Positions 17,405-26,421 of a DNA stretch of 64,000 nt are shown in pieces (position 1 is the stretch's first letter; every line of letters begins with the position of its first letter). The DNA is from an uncultured virus (IMG/VR IMGVR_UViG_3300022853_000017). Taxonomy: Duplodnaviria > Heunggongvirae > Uroviricota > Caudoviricetes. A program made the translations under genes and the position numbers. Location: IMG/VR virus record IMGVR_UViG_3300022853_000017; one strand, written 5' to 3'. The notes under the pieces were generated by a model. It made no database searches. It was not told the origin of the DNA and was given only the letters and a program-made list of their open reading frames with translations.

Positions 17405-17882
17405 TAAACCACTCCGGTACGGTTCTGTTTTTCCACTTTGCAAAACCTGACTTCTCTACTATATAGTACTTTTGATAAGCAAGCACTGCATCATCACCCT
17501 TACACTCTTCGGGCATACACTGAGGTGGGTCACTAAAGAATGTTTCAAAATCCATATTCTTGGGAGACTTAAACAATGGTGCAAGCAACCGTTCTGTAGC
17601 ATGGTGTTTGCCATACCGATAAGTGTACTCTACCATAAGAGCAACCATGTGGTCGTACAACCATGTGTAATTTTCCAAACTGGAACGAACCCAGATAGTG
17701 CTTGGATGATTCTTATGAGCCAGTTTATACAGACCCCTACGATCAGCATACTCATCCCCGTCAAGGACACGATGGGCAGTGGAGAGCATCTGTGCGCTCT
17801 CCAATATCATCTTTATAACATGGCGGTCACAACTCATCTGTGCTGCAATAACAGGGTCACGGTCTAGATAGAATATGTTCAT
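17358..17882 (-). CDS. pyrimidine-dimer DNA glycosylase-like (DenV/Pyr_excise-related)
   Basis: MNIFYLD.DP..AAQ..CDRHVIKMILESAQMLSTAH, HKNHPSTIW, RYGKHH. Confidence 0.8.
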   Translation of the reverse strand: MNIFYLDRDPVIAAQMSCDRHVIKMILESAQMLSTAHRVLDGDEYADRRGLYKLAHKNHPSTIWVRSSLENYTWLYDHMVALMVEYTYRYGKHHATERLLAPLFKSPKNMDFETFFSDPPQCMPEECKGDDAVLAYQKYYIVEKSGFAKWKNRTVPEWFNAKRGLLGLHGATNA

Positions 17883-18226
17883 TGTTTTTTGTTCCAAACT
17901 CCTTTAGAGGGCGCATTAAGAGTAATGCTATTAAAGTAAATAGATTCCGATACATTATCACCCTTTGGGCGGTTTTCTACATACTTATTACCAAAAATAC
18001 GAACAACCGAACCATTTTTATTTAAAGTATATGCAATCACATATACTCCATCTCTTTTAGGCAACAACCATTTTTCTAATCTTTCACCTCTTTTCCCAAT
18101 TGGGCCTGTTACATATTCTCTGACATCTTCTATGTCATCATACCCCGGCACTTTGACAAGTTCAGTCTCTTCGAATTTACCAATACCATATTTCATTTCT
18201 TCAATCGTATCCATAACAGCGTTCAT
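17879..18226 (-). CDS. hypothetical protein
   Basis: 115-aa ORF with coupled overlaps. Confidence 0.6.
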   Translation of the reverse strand: MNAVMDTIEEMKYGIGKFEETELVKVPGYDDIEDVREYVTGPIGKRGERLEKWLLPKRDGVYVIAYTLNKNGSVVRIFGNKYVENRPKGDNVSESIYFNSITLNAPSKGVWNKKQ

Positions 18227-18456
18227 TCTTCTTTCCTTGTATCATCCAATAGTAACATCTTACCTTGTTTTTCATCAATTGTCAAGACCCTTTCGGACTC
18301 AATCATATCAATAATTATTGTGGTGATACTAACTTCCGTATTCAACTCACCAATCTTCCGTGTCAATCTCTTTAATGTCTGTTGATAATATTCTATCTCT
18401 TGCTGTTTCTTGAGCCGAGATTCAATCAGTTCTGTTAGGGATATTATTTCTGCCAT
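18223..18456 (-). CDS. hypothetical coiled-coil protein
   Basis: 77-aa ORF. Confidence 0.65.
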   Translation of the reverse strand: MAEIISLTELIESRLKKQQEIEYYQQTLKRLTRKIGELNTEVSITTIIIDMIESERVLTIDEKQGKMLLLDDTRKEE

Positions 18457-18938
18457 GATAACCTCTCTACCATTGCATTCTTAGCATTACATTGAAATAC
18501 GACGATGGGCCTCAATTCCTGACAATACTTTGAAATTGGTTGTCCTTGATGTATCTGGTCACAGCTGAAAATCATTAACCTATTACCAACATATGAAACC
18601 AGAGTGTCACCAACCAATGTCCCACCACCCCAATCAGATTGCCAATTCAGTTTTGGATAATATATCATGGTAAAGTCACAGGAATCATAATGCGCCTATT
18701 GTTCCAATCCATGAGTATGACCAAGAAGGTAAGATGATTTTACCGAATCAATTCCGTCTAATTGGATTGAACCTACCAAATCTTTGAACAGGTCATCGAT
18801 GAAAGGTTTTCCGTCAGAATACCAGTGTTTGTTAACCAGTGGTGGTGTTACTGGCTGATACTCATATGACCATTTCATATGAGATATTTGGTGATGATAA
18901 TTATCAGTGCCGAGAATATTATCAAAAACTTCAATCAT
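18444..18938 (-). pseudogene. 2OG-Fe(II) oxygenase interrupted by in-frame TAG (18696-18698)
   Basis: HTHGLEQ*AHYDSCDFTMIYYPKLNWQSDWGGGT aligns without gaps to paralog 63275-63820. Confidence 0.8.
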
Positions 18939-19471
18939 GGATTTCTCCTACCCTTGGGAACGTCCCACACAAATGTCAGCCTATCAACATCACCATTGTT
19001 ATATGACATATGTGGACGTTTGTTGTCAAACCAGAAAAATGTGCCGGGTTCGATCTGATGTGATTCGTCTTCAACCGTGTACAGATATGTTCCCTGCAAC
19101 GATAGATGATACCTATCTCTCGTTAGGTAATAGTCACCTTCATCAATGTGCCTACCTAGTGTCTCGCCGGGGCGCAGTCTAAAGAATGCTGCTCTTGAAT
19201 GTCGGTGTAGTCGATAAGACTTCAACCATTTCCTGATGGCAGGATAACGGTAGTACATCGGAGTGTTCTGTTGTAGTTCAGTCTTCTTAGGGTCATCGTC
19301 AGCGTTCTTCACTGCTGCCATAGTGAGGGGTAGAAATCCATACGGTTTCGTATCTCCAGCAGCACCATGTAGTGATCCTGCTACGGCCCAATCCTCACTC
19401 TTAATATCAGCGAGGATAGCACTTACGTCAATGTTCTTTTCAATAAACCTAAAGTGACTCATTTTTCCCAA
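18935..19471 (-). CDS. aspartyl/asparaginyl beta-hydroxylase-like 2OG oxygenase
   Basis: HIDEG...RYHLSLQG...FWFDNKRPH...N.GD.DR..FVWD. Confidence 0.8.
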   Translation of the reverse strand: MGKMSHFRFIEKNIDVSAILADIKSEDWAVAGSLHGAAGDTKPYGFLPLTMAAVKNADDDPKKTELQQNTPMYYRYPAIRKWLKSYRLHRHSRAAFFRLRPGETLGRHIDEGDYYLTRDRYHLSLQGTYLYTVEDESHQIEPGTFFWFDNKRPHMSYNNGDVDRLTFVWDVPKGRRNP

Positions 19472-19968
19472 CGATAAAAAATATGATCCTGTATCTCTAC
19501 AGTCTTCGTTTTAGTCTTTGCCCATGCGGGTGACACATAGTCTGCATGGTAATGCGTTGCACCACCAGTGATATCTAGGAAGGAAATCTCATTACCCAGA
19601 ATTGCTCCTGCAAGACCATACATCCTATTATATATCTTCTTATTACGGGGTGTATCACTCTTACCGTCACAGAACCAGCTGAATTGGCACCTATTTTTTA
19701 TAGGGTATCTCACTTTGGGGTTTTGCCATGATGCTCGTGTAGGCCCCTGTTCTACCACCTCACAGATGGTATTGGGGAACCTATTGTCATTAACCCTGTT
19801 CAATACAACAGCAGTAACCGCAAGCTCTCCTGCTATACCCTGACCCCTTGCCTCATGATACATGTTGAGTGCAAGACACTCAGCAGACCTGTTGGGTTCA
19901 ATTGTCGGGGCACTTGGTTGTGGTACAGCAATCATAATTCCAAGGATTACTGCTTCAAGGCCGTTCAC
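19459..19968 (-). CDS. cell wall hydrolase (SleB/Hydrolase_2)
   Basis: CLALNMYHEARG, VVLNRV, CQFSWFCDG, GATHYHADYV.P.W, HIFY. Confidence 0.92.
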   Translation of the reverse strand: MNGLEAVILGIMIAVPQPSAPTIEPNRSAECLALNMYHEARGQGIAGELAVTAVVLNRVNDNRFPNTICEVVEQGPTRASWQNPKVRYPIKNRCQFSWFCDGKSDTPRNKKIYNRMYGLAGAILGNEISFLDITGGATHYHADYVSPAWAKTKTKTVEIQDHIFYRWEK

Positions 19969-20147
19969 ATTTCACCCATCTGTGTAGTGATATACTGGCG
20001 GGCATAGTTTCCTGCCTCATTAGACTTAAAGTACATAACAGCATCCTCAATAATCTCATCGACAATGAAGTCAGAAACCCCCTCACCATAATCATATCCG
20101 TTGCAGAACTCTTCAATGTCCATCATCCAGTTTTTCATCTTACTCAT
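19965..20147 (-). CDS. small hypothetical protein
   Basis: 60-aa coupled ORF MSKMKNWMMDIEE. Confidence 0.65.
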   Translation of the reverse strand: MSKMKNWMMDIEEFCNGYDYGEGVSDFIVDEIIEDAVMYFKSNEAGNYARQYITTQMGEM

Positions 20148-20569
20148 ATCACATATTCCTCTTTAAAGTTTTCCAATAGTTCACCCTGCATACCGTATGC
20201 CTCAATCTCCCAAGGTTCATCATCGTAGGCAGTCGTGTCATCATAGACCTTACCCATGTACATCTTACGAAATCCATCAAGGTCTTTCATCTTGCGTGTG
20301 GCACCCTGCCAGACATGGACCATCTCATGGCACACAGTCTCAACAAGATATTCGCCATCAAGGTTCTTATCAATGTCAATGTAGAAGTCACGATTGTTTT
20401 CACCTTCGTAACACTCACCCGCATTATCTTTATTATCAAGAACTGTGAGGTTGAGCTCAATCTCAAGGGTTCGCATACAAGGCATCAATTCACTGATGCA
20501 GAAGGTAACTGCGCTCTCAGCGAGAGCCCGTTTCTTCTTCGTGGAACCTATGACATTAATGTAATTCAT
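20144..20569 (-). CDS. HExxH metallopeptidase-like protein
   Basis: TVCHEMVHVWQ...PWEIEAY. Confidence 0.8.
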   Translation of the reverse strand: MNYINVIGSTKKKRALAESAVTFCISELMPCMRTLEIELNLTVLDNKDNAGECYEGENNRDFYIDIDKNLDGEYLVETVCHEMVHVWQGATRKMKDLDGFRKMYMGKVYDDTTAYDDEPWEIEAYGMQGELLENFKEEYVI

Positions 20570-20641
20570 GAAAACCTTATCTCTCGATTATACCTAATCA
20601 TACCATACCCAGAAGGGTTTGTCAAGAAAAATCGTACATGC

Positions 20642-20654
20642 TAAGTCATTGATT
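20642..20654 (-). promoter_or_regulatory. IHF-type binding site upstream of an early promoter
   Basis: AATCAATGACTTA matches WATCAANNNNTTR; about 16 bp upstream of the -35 box at 20620-20625. Confidence 0.45.
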
Positions 20655-20674
20655 TTAAAGGAAACTCAAAAAAG

Positions 20675-21172
20675 TTACCCTGCAGCTAGTCCTTTAGACT
20701 GAGGATAGACGGCATGTTCGATTCGTCTGTAATCGTCATCCCAATCAAATGCTTCCTTGACCACGTTATCAGATAGCCCCTTGTACTTACGGTGCAGGGT
20801 CTTATCCTTTGCAGCGATTAATAGTTCTGCCTCATCTGCATGAAGACCCTCAAGCATCTGGACAAACATCATTTCACGTTTGTTCTGATTTAGAGCAGGA
20901 TTACCACCCTTGATGAAATGATATAGCCGACGGACCTCTTGCTGCAGCAGGGTATGTTCTGTCCCCTCTGGTGCATCGTTCACCCTGTATGGTACATCAC
21001 CCTCTGGAAGTTCCCATTCAATCTTGGGGTCAAAGGATGACTTGCAGATCATGCGAAGTGCATCGGTCTGGTACTGCCTCAGAAAAGTAACCTTTTCCTT
21101 CTTGCTTTTGGTCTTAGAAACTTGCGTCAAAATCTCTGCAAAACTGCGTGTATATGTGTCGATTGCCATCAA
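20675..21172 (-). CDS. conserved T4-like hypothetical protein (rnh neighbour)
   Basis: LPEGDVPY...KREMMFVQMLEGLH..EAELL...KDK. Confidence 0.75.
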   Translation of the reverse strand: MMAIDTYTRSFAEILTQVSKTKSKKEKVTFLRQYQTDALRMICKSSFDPKIEWELPEGDVPYRVNDAPEGTEHTLLQQEVRRLYHFIKGGNPALNQNKREMMFVQMLEGLHADEAELLIAAKDKTLHRKYKGLSDNVVKEAFDWDDDYRRIEHAVYPQSKGLAAG

Positions 21173-22014
21173 AACTCTCCTATCGATTCAACGAGGTTGC
21201 GTAACCTCTTTTGTGTAAAATAATTTAGTAATTTGCTTCGGTCACCTTCTGGTGCCTCTTGGTACTCTTTCAATATCTCAGTAAATAACTCTGGTGGTGA
21301 TTCTTTCAAATCAATCAACTTCTTGTTCCTTTGGTAATTACGTTTAACTTCATCATTTGGAAAATCCCCATCGATCATCGCAGCAATCTTCTTCTTACCT
21401 AGGGGTTTCTGTCGGATGCCATCTACAAAGGTATTATCCGGCGATAACACATTAGGAACACCGTCGCTGCTGTCACCTTTTAGGACATGCTCACTCAAAT
21501 ATACATCTGGGTCAATACCGTTCACAAATTTCTTGGTGATCGGGCTGTACTGTGTCACGTTACGGAACTTCTGCAACTGAATGAAATCCTTGTCACCAGA
21601 CAAAATCAACGTCTTACCGTTGTCAAACTCTAACTCACCAGCAAGAGCAGCAATGATATCATCTGCCTCTGCGCCATAAACCTCTAGAAATTTGTATGGG
21701 AAGAACTCTTTAATTTCTGATTTGATTGCGATCAACACCTTAAAGATGGCATCCCAATCGTTAGAGGAAGATTGTCTCCCCTTCTTGCGATTGTGCTTAT
21801 ACTCAGGGTAATAGTCTCGCCGCCAATAGTGCTTGGAGTCATAACACAGCACCAACTCACCATACTCATCGCAAAATTTCATGCGATACATGCGTAGGGA
21901 ATTGAGGATCATATGGCGAACCATATCCTCATCAGGTGCGGTCTGTTTTGTCATGTGCAGATGCATCATTACGGATGCAACTGAAATTTGGTTCATATCA
22001 ACTAAAATAGCCAT
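21169..22014 (-). CDS. rnh: T4 RNase H (5'-3' exonuclease)
   Basis: LVDMNQI, YWRRDYYPEYK, EADDIIA, SGDKDFIQLQ, GDSSDGVPN. Confidence 0.95.
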   Translation of the reverse strand: MAILVDMNQISVASVMMHLHMTKQTAPDEDMVRHMILNSLRMYRMKFCDEYGELVLCYDSKHYWRRDYYPEYKHNRKKGRQSSSNDWDAIFKVLIAIKSEIKEFFPYKFLEVYGAEADDIIAALAGELEFDNGKTLILSGDKDFIQLQKFRNVTQYSPITKKFVNGIDPDVYLSEHVLKGDSSDGVPNVLSPDNTFVDGIRQKPLGKKKIAAMIDGDFPNDEVKRNYQRNKKLIDLKESPPELFTEILKEYQEAPEGDRSKLLNYFTQKRLRNLVESIGEF

Positions 22015-22029
22015 AATTATTCTTTCGTT

Positions 22030-22698
22030 CTACTTATTTATAACAGTTGCATTGAAGCTCATCATACGCCGTTCACCTTCTACCGAATATGGATACACAA
22101 GATGCTTTAACCAAGAGGGGAACACTAGAAACTTTCCCACTTCTGGTTTGAATTTTAAATTGTCACATCTAAATGATTGTTGTTCACCAAATGAATATTC
22201 AATCAATCCCTTTGCAGGATAGTGGTCTTGGAAATCCTTTTCCCACTCATCATTCATTCCCTCTGGCACCTTGAGATAGATGCCACCAGAGAAGTCTCCG
22301 TTATGGTGGTGCAATGGATTGAAGTCACCAGCATATTGACTAACTACCCAACTATGAGTTAGGTGAATACTATTCAATGTGGGGATTCTATCATTACCCA
22401 TTCGAGTCCAAGGATTGTTTCTTTTTTTATCAATATGGTAATTTAGATAATCAAGGCAGCCCTGTTTCACAGTTTCAAACAAAAACTTTTTATCATCTGG
22501 ATCAGTGACAGGAATTAGAATTTCCTTATTCACTTTGCCAACGAGCTTGTGTGACCAATCCCACTTCTTACTCTTTTCATCACTAGAGAGAACATCATCA
22601 GCTACAGCGTTAACAATATCAACAAACCTGTCTGAAACTGTTGTCTCTAGGATTGTTGGGCTAAATGGTTCATGAAACTTCTGGGTCATCTTCATCAT
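22030..22698 (-). CDS. 2OG-Fe(II) oxygenase-like protein
   Basis: SWVVSQYAGDFNPLHHH, SGGIYL, FPSWLKHLVYP, ERRMMSFN. Confidence 0.85.
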   Translation of the reverse strand: MMKMTQKFHEPFSPTILETTVSDRFVDIVNAVADDVLSSDEKSKKWDWSHKLVGKVNKEILIPVTDPDDKKFLFETVKQGCLDYLNYHIDKKRNNPWTRMGNDRIPTLNSIHLTHSWVVSQYAGDFNPLHHHNGDFSGGIYLKVPEGMNDEWEKDFQDHYPAKGLIEYSFGEQQSFRCDNLKFKPEVGKFLVFPSWLKHLVYPYSVEGERRMMSFNATVINK

Positions 22699-23086
22699 CT
22701 TCCTCTATCAAATTTGCAAGTTCAACAATAGTATTAAAGTCAACTTCTGTTTCAAACGTGTCGCCAGATTCCATAATATCAACAAACTGTTCCATAAACT
22801 TATGTGTTGGATGGACCATTTCCATATCTCTATAAAGGGAACCCATAACCAGTTCAATGATCATTGCCATATCACGAATGAAATCTTTCTCACCAACAGC
22901 AATACCATTCTCACTCATAGTATGAATCATTTGTACCATCAAACTTTGAGTAAGCTCTTCAGCAAATTGAAGATTTTCATGATGTAGGATAATATCCTTA
23001 TCAGGAAGCTTTACTTTTCTTCCGCCCTTTTCGGACCACGGGCCCTTTACTACGTTTTCCGGCGGTATCGTCTTTTGGTCGCTCAT
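22670..23086 (-). CDS. hypothetical protein
   Basis: NVVKGPW N-terminal motif; acidic. Confidence 0.65.
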   Translation of the reverse strand: MSDQKTIPPENVVKGPWSEKGGRKVKLPDKDIILHHENLQFAEELTQSLMVQMIHTMSENGIAVGEKDFIRDMAMIIELVMGSLYRDMEMVHPTHKFMEQFVDIMESGDTFETEVDFNTIVELANLIEEDDEDDPEVS

Positions 23087-23630
23087 ATCCAGTAGCCTCT
23101 TCATGCATTTCTTGTGTCCACACCAATCCCAAATCAGGATACAATGTTCCTACGTCTCTTTTTGGTTGACCCTTGCGTGGGCCATACCAGTAGTAAGCAA
23201 GCGCAACACACCTGTTGCGAATCTTACCCTGTTGTTGTTCACCATAGAACATGTCAACCCATGTTCCTGTGCGAAGATATGCCTGCATATTACGAACATA
23301 CGCTTCATGGTCAGAAAGTTTTGCTATTGAACCTTTTACATTCTGTCGAACAGCAGCACGTTCAGACTTTGCATAGTCCTGTTGAACTTTAATCCAATGT
23401 TTAACTTTAGCAGGACTTAATTGGTGATCGTCAGGAAGCTTCCGAAGACTTTCATGAATGTTAGTCTGACCATAATCAGGGTTTTTTTCTAATTTTGCTG
23501 CCCGTGCCTTTACAAGACGTTCTGATGCTGCTTCCTTTTGTTCCTCAGTCATAGGTTTGCGGGATTTGCGTTTCTTAGGTGCTTTCCACTCACTATTGTC
23601 TGTGGTAACAGTGATTTTCTTTCGTGCCAT
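23001..23630 (-). CDS. conserved hypothetical protein
   Basis: RKPMTEEQKEAASERL..AR, YLRTGTWVDMFYGE, PKRDVGTLYPD. Confidence 0.7.
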   Translation of the reverse strand: MARKKITVTTDNSEWKAPKKRKSRKPMTEEQKEAASERLVKARAAKLEKNPDYGQTNIHESLRKLPDDHQLSPAKVKHWIKVQQDYAKSERAAVRQNVKGSIAKLSDHEAYVRNMQAYLRTGTWVDMFYGEQQQGKIRNRCVALAYYWYGPRKGQPKRDVGTLYPDLGLVWTQEMHEEATGYERPKDDTAGKRSKGPVVRKGRKKSKAS

Positions 23631-23634
23631 TGGA

Positions 23635-23838
23635 TTAGTATCCCTGTTCTTCCATTCGTTTTTCAAGGTTACGCTTCTGCCTACGTTTAGCAGAAGCACG
23701 TTCATGTCGGCGTTTCTCACCCCGACTCATATAGGATTCTCGTTCTCGTAGTTCATTAAAGAACCCATCTTCGGTGAGCTTCTTCTTTAGAATTCTCATC
23801 GCCTTATCAACATTATTATTACGCACTTCGATTCTCAC
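23635..23838 (-). CDS. rpsU: ribosomal protein bS21
   Basis: IEVRNNNVDKAMRILKKK...GFFNELRERESY...EKRR. Confidence 0.9.
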   Translation of the reverse strand: MRIEVRNNNVDKAMRILKKKLTEDGFFNELRERESYMSRGEKRRHERASAKRRQKRNLEKRMEEQGY

Positions 23839-24230
23839 ACCGATTCTCCTTCTTGTGAATAGTATACACTCTTTAGGTCAAATAAGTCAATGCACCTTTG
23901 GCATCCACTACATGGCTTTGACAAACCAGTAATCCATTTTCTGTTAGTCTTGTTCCTCTTTGCCCTTACAATATATAGTTCGCACTTAGATAGGTCATCC
24001 ACATCAACAGATGTTAGTGCGTTCTTGATTGCATGGACCTCTGCATGAAAGAATACCGCATGGTTGTTCTTACAGAACTTAGCCTGAAAGGGATGCGACT
24101 TCTTATGATTAAATCCATAGGATATAACCTTACCCCTGCGAACCACTACAGCTGCAATCCTTGCACCACGAACAGGTTCTACTGCTTGTGCAAGCTTAAA
24201 GGTTTCATCGAAAATCTCAGCATTCATCAT
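23835..24230 (-). CDS. zinc-dependent cytidine/dCMP deaminase family protein
   Basis: HAE...SKPCSGC. Confidence 0.85.
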   Translation of the reverse strand: MMNAEIFDETFKLAQAVEPVRGARIAAVVVRRGKVISYGFNHKKSHPFQAKFCKNNHAVFFHAEVHAIKNALTSVDVDDLSKCELYIVRAKRNKTNRKWITGLSKPCSGCQRCIDLFDLKSVYYSQEGESV

Positions 24231-24234
24231 AAAA

Positions 24235-24561
24235 TTACTTAATAATCCAGTCAGTATTCATCCAATTAGTGTCTTCATCCATAAGCTCAACCTTATCACC
24301 GTGTAATTCTTGTAGTTTAGCCCAGGCACCAGCATTGTTCATACGAAGTGTATAACTTTCTTTATCACAACTATAACAACTACCAGACGACCCATAAAAG
24401 TTATACTGGTCACCAGCATCTTCAACACTTGTAATACCAGAGTTCATACGCCAACTATCGCCATCAAGATATCCACCACTCCATCCTGCAAGGACTCGGT
24501 AATGGGGATCATCTCCACTCATTTTAACAACAACCCAATTATCTGGATTATAATTACTCAT
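24235..24561 (-). CDS. conserved phage hypothetical protein
   Basis: PDNWVVVK...WSGGYLDGDSWRMNSGI. Confidence 0.75.
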   Translation of the reverse strand: MSNYNPDNWVVVKMSGDDPHYRVLAGWSGGYLDGDSWRMNSGITSVEDAGDQYNFYGSSGSCYSCDKESYTLRMNNAGAWAKLQELHGDKVELMDEDTNWMNTDWIIK

Positions 24562-24698
24562 TTTTCAATTTCTCCCATATCTTCTTAGTTTATACGTTAG
24601 TATACACCATTAAACAGAGTTTGTCAAGCACCTTTTTCATTATTATTCCCAACGATCTACTTTACCACCGGCATCTTTAAGTTCATCCTTCACTGTAC

Positions 24699-24875
24699 TC
24701 ATGTCGGGGGGGCCGGTAATGGCATCCAGTGTGTGGATTTGATAGATTGTGTCCCCTCCGTCCATCCTCCAGACTCCCACCAAACAACTTCACAGGGGAA
24801 CGCCTCATGCCTTATGTTTATTGTCAATATCTCAGTCCCATCCTTCGGCGCAGTATCAATCGGTTGCCAAGTCAT
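24699..24875 (-). CDS. DUF551-like protein
   Basis: Manual: MTWQPIDTAPKDGTEIL...THWMPLPAPPT. Confidence 0.8.
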   Translation of the reverse strand: MTWQPIDTAPKDGTEILTINIRHEAFPCEVVWWESGGWTEGTQSIKSTHWMPLPAPPT

Positions 24876-25123
24876 TTCTCGTACTCCGCAATGGCTATGT
24901 CAATAGAGTTTTCTAACTCTGATCGTGTAACGCAATAATCAGAAGCCTTCTTCACGCTCTCATAAAACTGCATCAGTTCGGCGTTTGTTGCCCTCAGAAT
25001 CTCAATATCTTTAGGCAACATACCCTCTGGTAACCCATCTGCTAGTTTGTCTGCATAGTCCGACATAACTTTCAACTCAGCCTCAAGACGGTTGACTTCT
25101 TTCTTGTATTCAGATGCTAACAT
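24872..25123 (-). CDS. hypothetical protein
   Basis: ORF with GLPEGMLPKDIEILR; coupled overlaps. Confidence 0.6.
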   Translation of the reverse strand: MLASEYKKEVNRLEAELKVMSDYADKLADGLPEGMLPKDIEILRATNAELMQFYESVKKASDYCVTRSELENSIDIAIAEYEK

Positions 25124-25466
25124 TATCTTTCCACCATTCAATTTCACTGTTGCCATCATTATAATATGATTCTAGGATTTTGTCAAGGGTTTCCATCGTT
25201 TTAGTTTCATAATCATCCAACCACACTGAAAATCTATTCCAATCTGCGGCGGACATTAAGGGCAATCCAATCTCATCACCATATGGTAATTCAGTTCCAT
25301 GAACGTCAATACGGCCGGCCATGTAGTTATGCTTGATTTCTTCAGTGGTAACTTCTTCTTTGAGAAAATCACTCCAGCGTGTTACAGGGGGCATCAATAA
25401 ATCACGTTCCCTATACCAGCTGAGAGCGATGGGGCCCATCCAGTTAGTGCTGTAACTAATTGTCAT
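25110..25466 (-). CDS. hypothetical protein
   Basis: 118-aa ORF, YSTNWMGPI. Confidence 0.65.
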   Translation of the reverse strand: MTISYSTNWMGPIALSWYRERDLLMPPVTRWSDFLKEEVTTEEIKHNYMAGRIDVHGTELPYGDEIGLPLMSAADWNRFSVWLDDYETKTMETLDKILESYYNDGNSEIEWWKDNVSI

Positions 25467-25481
25467 TTGTTTCTTTCTCTT

Positions 25482-25865
25482 TTATTTTTCATTATAATGT
25501 TCAGAACAAGTGACCCTATAACGATCAATGGCTTGCCAGCCACATGAAACATATTCGAAACAATCAAATTCGTCGCATAATCCTAATACTCTCTTGATCT
25601 TGATTGAATCATCTTCTTTGAGTGCGTTTAGAATCAAATCTTTCAGTTCAAGATCAAATTCATTTGAAATAGTGAGCCCGTCATTGCAAAGGGCGGCATA
25701 TGCTTCAGGTCCAAATCCCAGCCGCCCATAGACAAGATGACGATATGATCCACCATCTCTGGCATGTTCAACAATATGCTTCATTGCCCACTGCACTACA
25801 GCAAGTTTCTGATTATTAGTCAAATCTTTCATCTCATCACTGAGATCATAAGAATCATCAACCAT
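25482..25865 (-). CDS. hypothetical protein
   Basis: 127-aa ORF, GGSYRHLVYGRLGF, Cys/His-rich tail. Confidence 0.65.
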   Translation of the reverse strand: MVDDSYDLSDEMKDLTNNQKLAVVQWAMKHIVEHARDGGSYRHLVYGRLGFGPEAYAALCNDGLTISNEFDLELKDLILNALKEDDSIKIKRVLGLCDEFDCFEYVSCGWQAIDRYRVTCSEHYNEK

Positions 25866-25867
25866 TG

Positions 25868-26191
25868 TTATTCAACCCCATCTTCTGAAGCAATACTTTT
25901 CCTCACCAACTCAAGTTTTTGATCCTTTGTCCATTCACTAAGATAATCATTGTCCTTATCAAAAAGTTCAAGCATATCATCTTCGCTCATCTCAACAGTA
26001 TCCACGATATATTCCCCCATATGCTCTTGGGAGAACTCTTTACATTCATCAGCATTAACTGTATCGTTAGCCCACTCAATAGCATTAACTCGGTCTAATG
26101 GATTTAGTTTCTGGAGATCATCACGATGCATTACATAACGCATACGGTGCGATGAAATAGTAGTAACAACAACATAATCTTTATTATTCAT
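25868..26191 (-). CDS. hypothetical protein
   Basis: HRMRYV...EFSQEHMGE...FDKDNDYL. Confidence 0.7.
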   Translation of the reverse strand: MNNKDYVVVTTISSHRMRYVMHRDDLQKLNPLDRVNAIEWANDTVNADECKEFSQEHMGEYIVDTVEMSEDDMLELFDKDNDYLSEWTKDQKLELVRKSIASEDGVE

Positions 26192-26196
26192 TTCTC

Positions 26197-26421
26197 TTAC
26201 CATCCTGGCGCACGATAGTCGCCATCCTTTTTATATACTTGAAAACCATCAAGCCCGTATGTGGGACAAACAAAAATCTTATCTGGCAATCCAGAACTAT
26301 CCTTCTCACCAGCTTCTCCACAAATGAAGAAGTGTCCCGACTTTTCTGGAAATACTTTACGGAGAATGTTCTTGAGTTTTTCATTCTCTATTTCAAGTTC
26401 TTTAATGCGATCTTCGGTCAT
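26197..26421 (-). CDS. hypothetical protein
   Basis: FFICGEAG..D..GLP..I.VCP.YG. Confidence 0.65.
   Translation of the reverse strand: MTEDRIKELEIENEKLKNILRKVFPEKSGHFFICGEAGEKDSSGLPDKIFVCPTYGLDGFQVYKKDGDYRAPGW

Noticed and set aside
18696..18698. Genome-wide TAG recoding
   Set aside because: TAG terminates several core genes at expected positions (gp26, gp62, nrdA C-part, cytosolic ORFs) and only one internal TAG was found.
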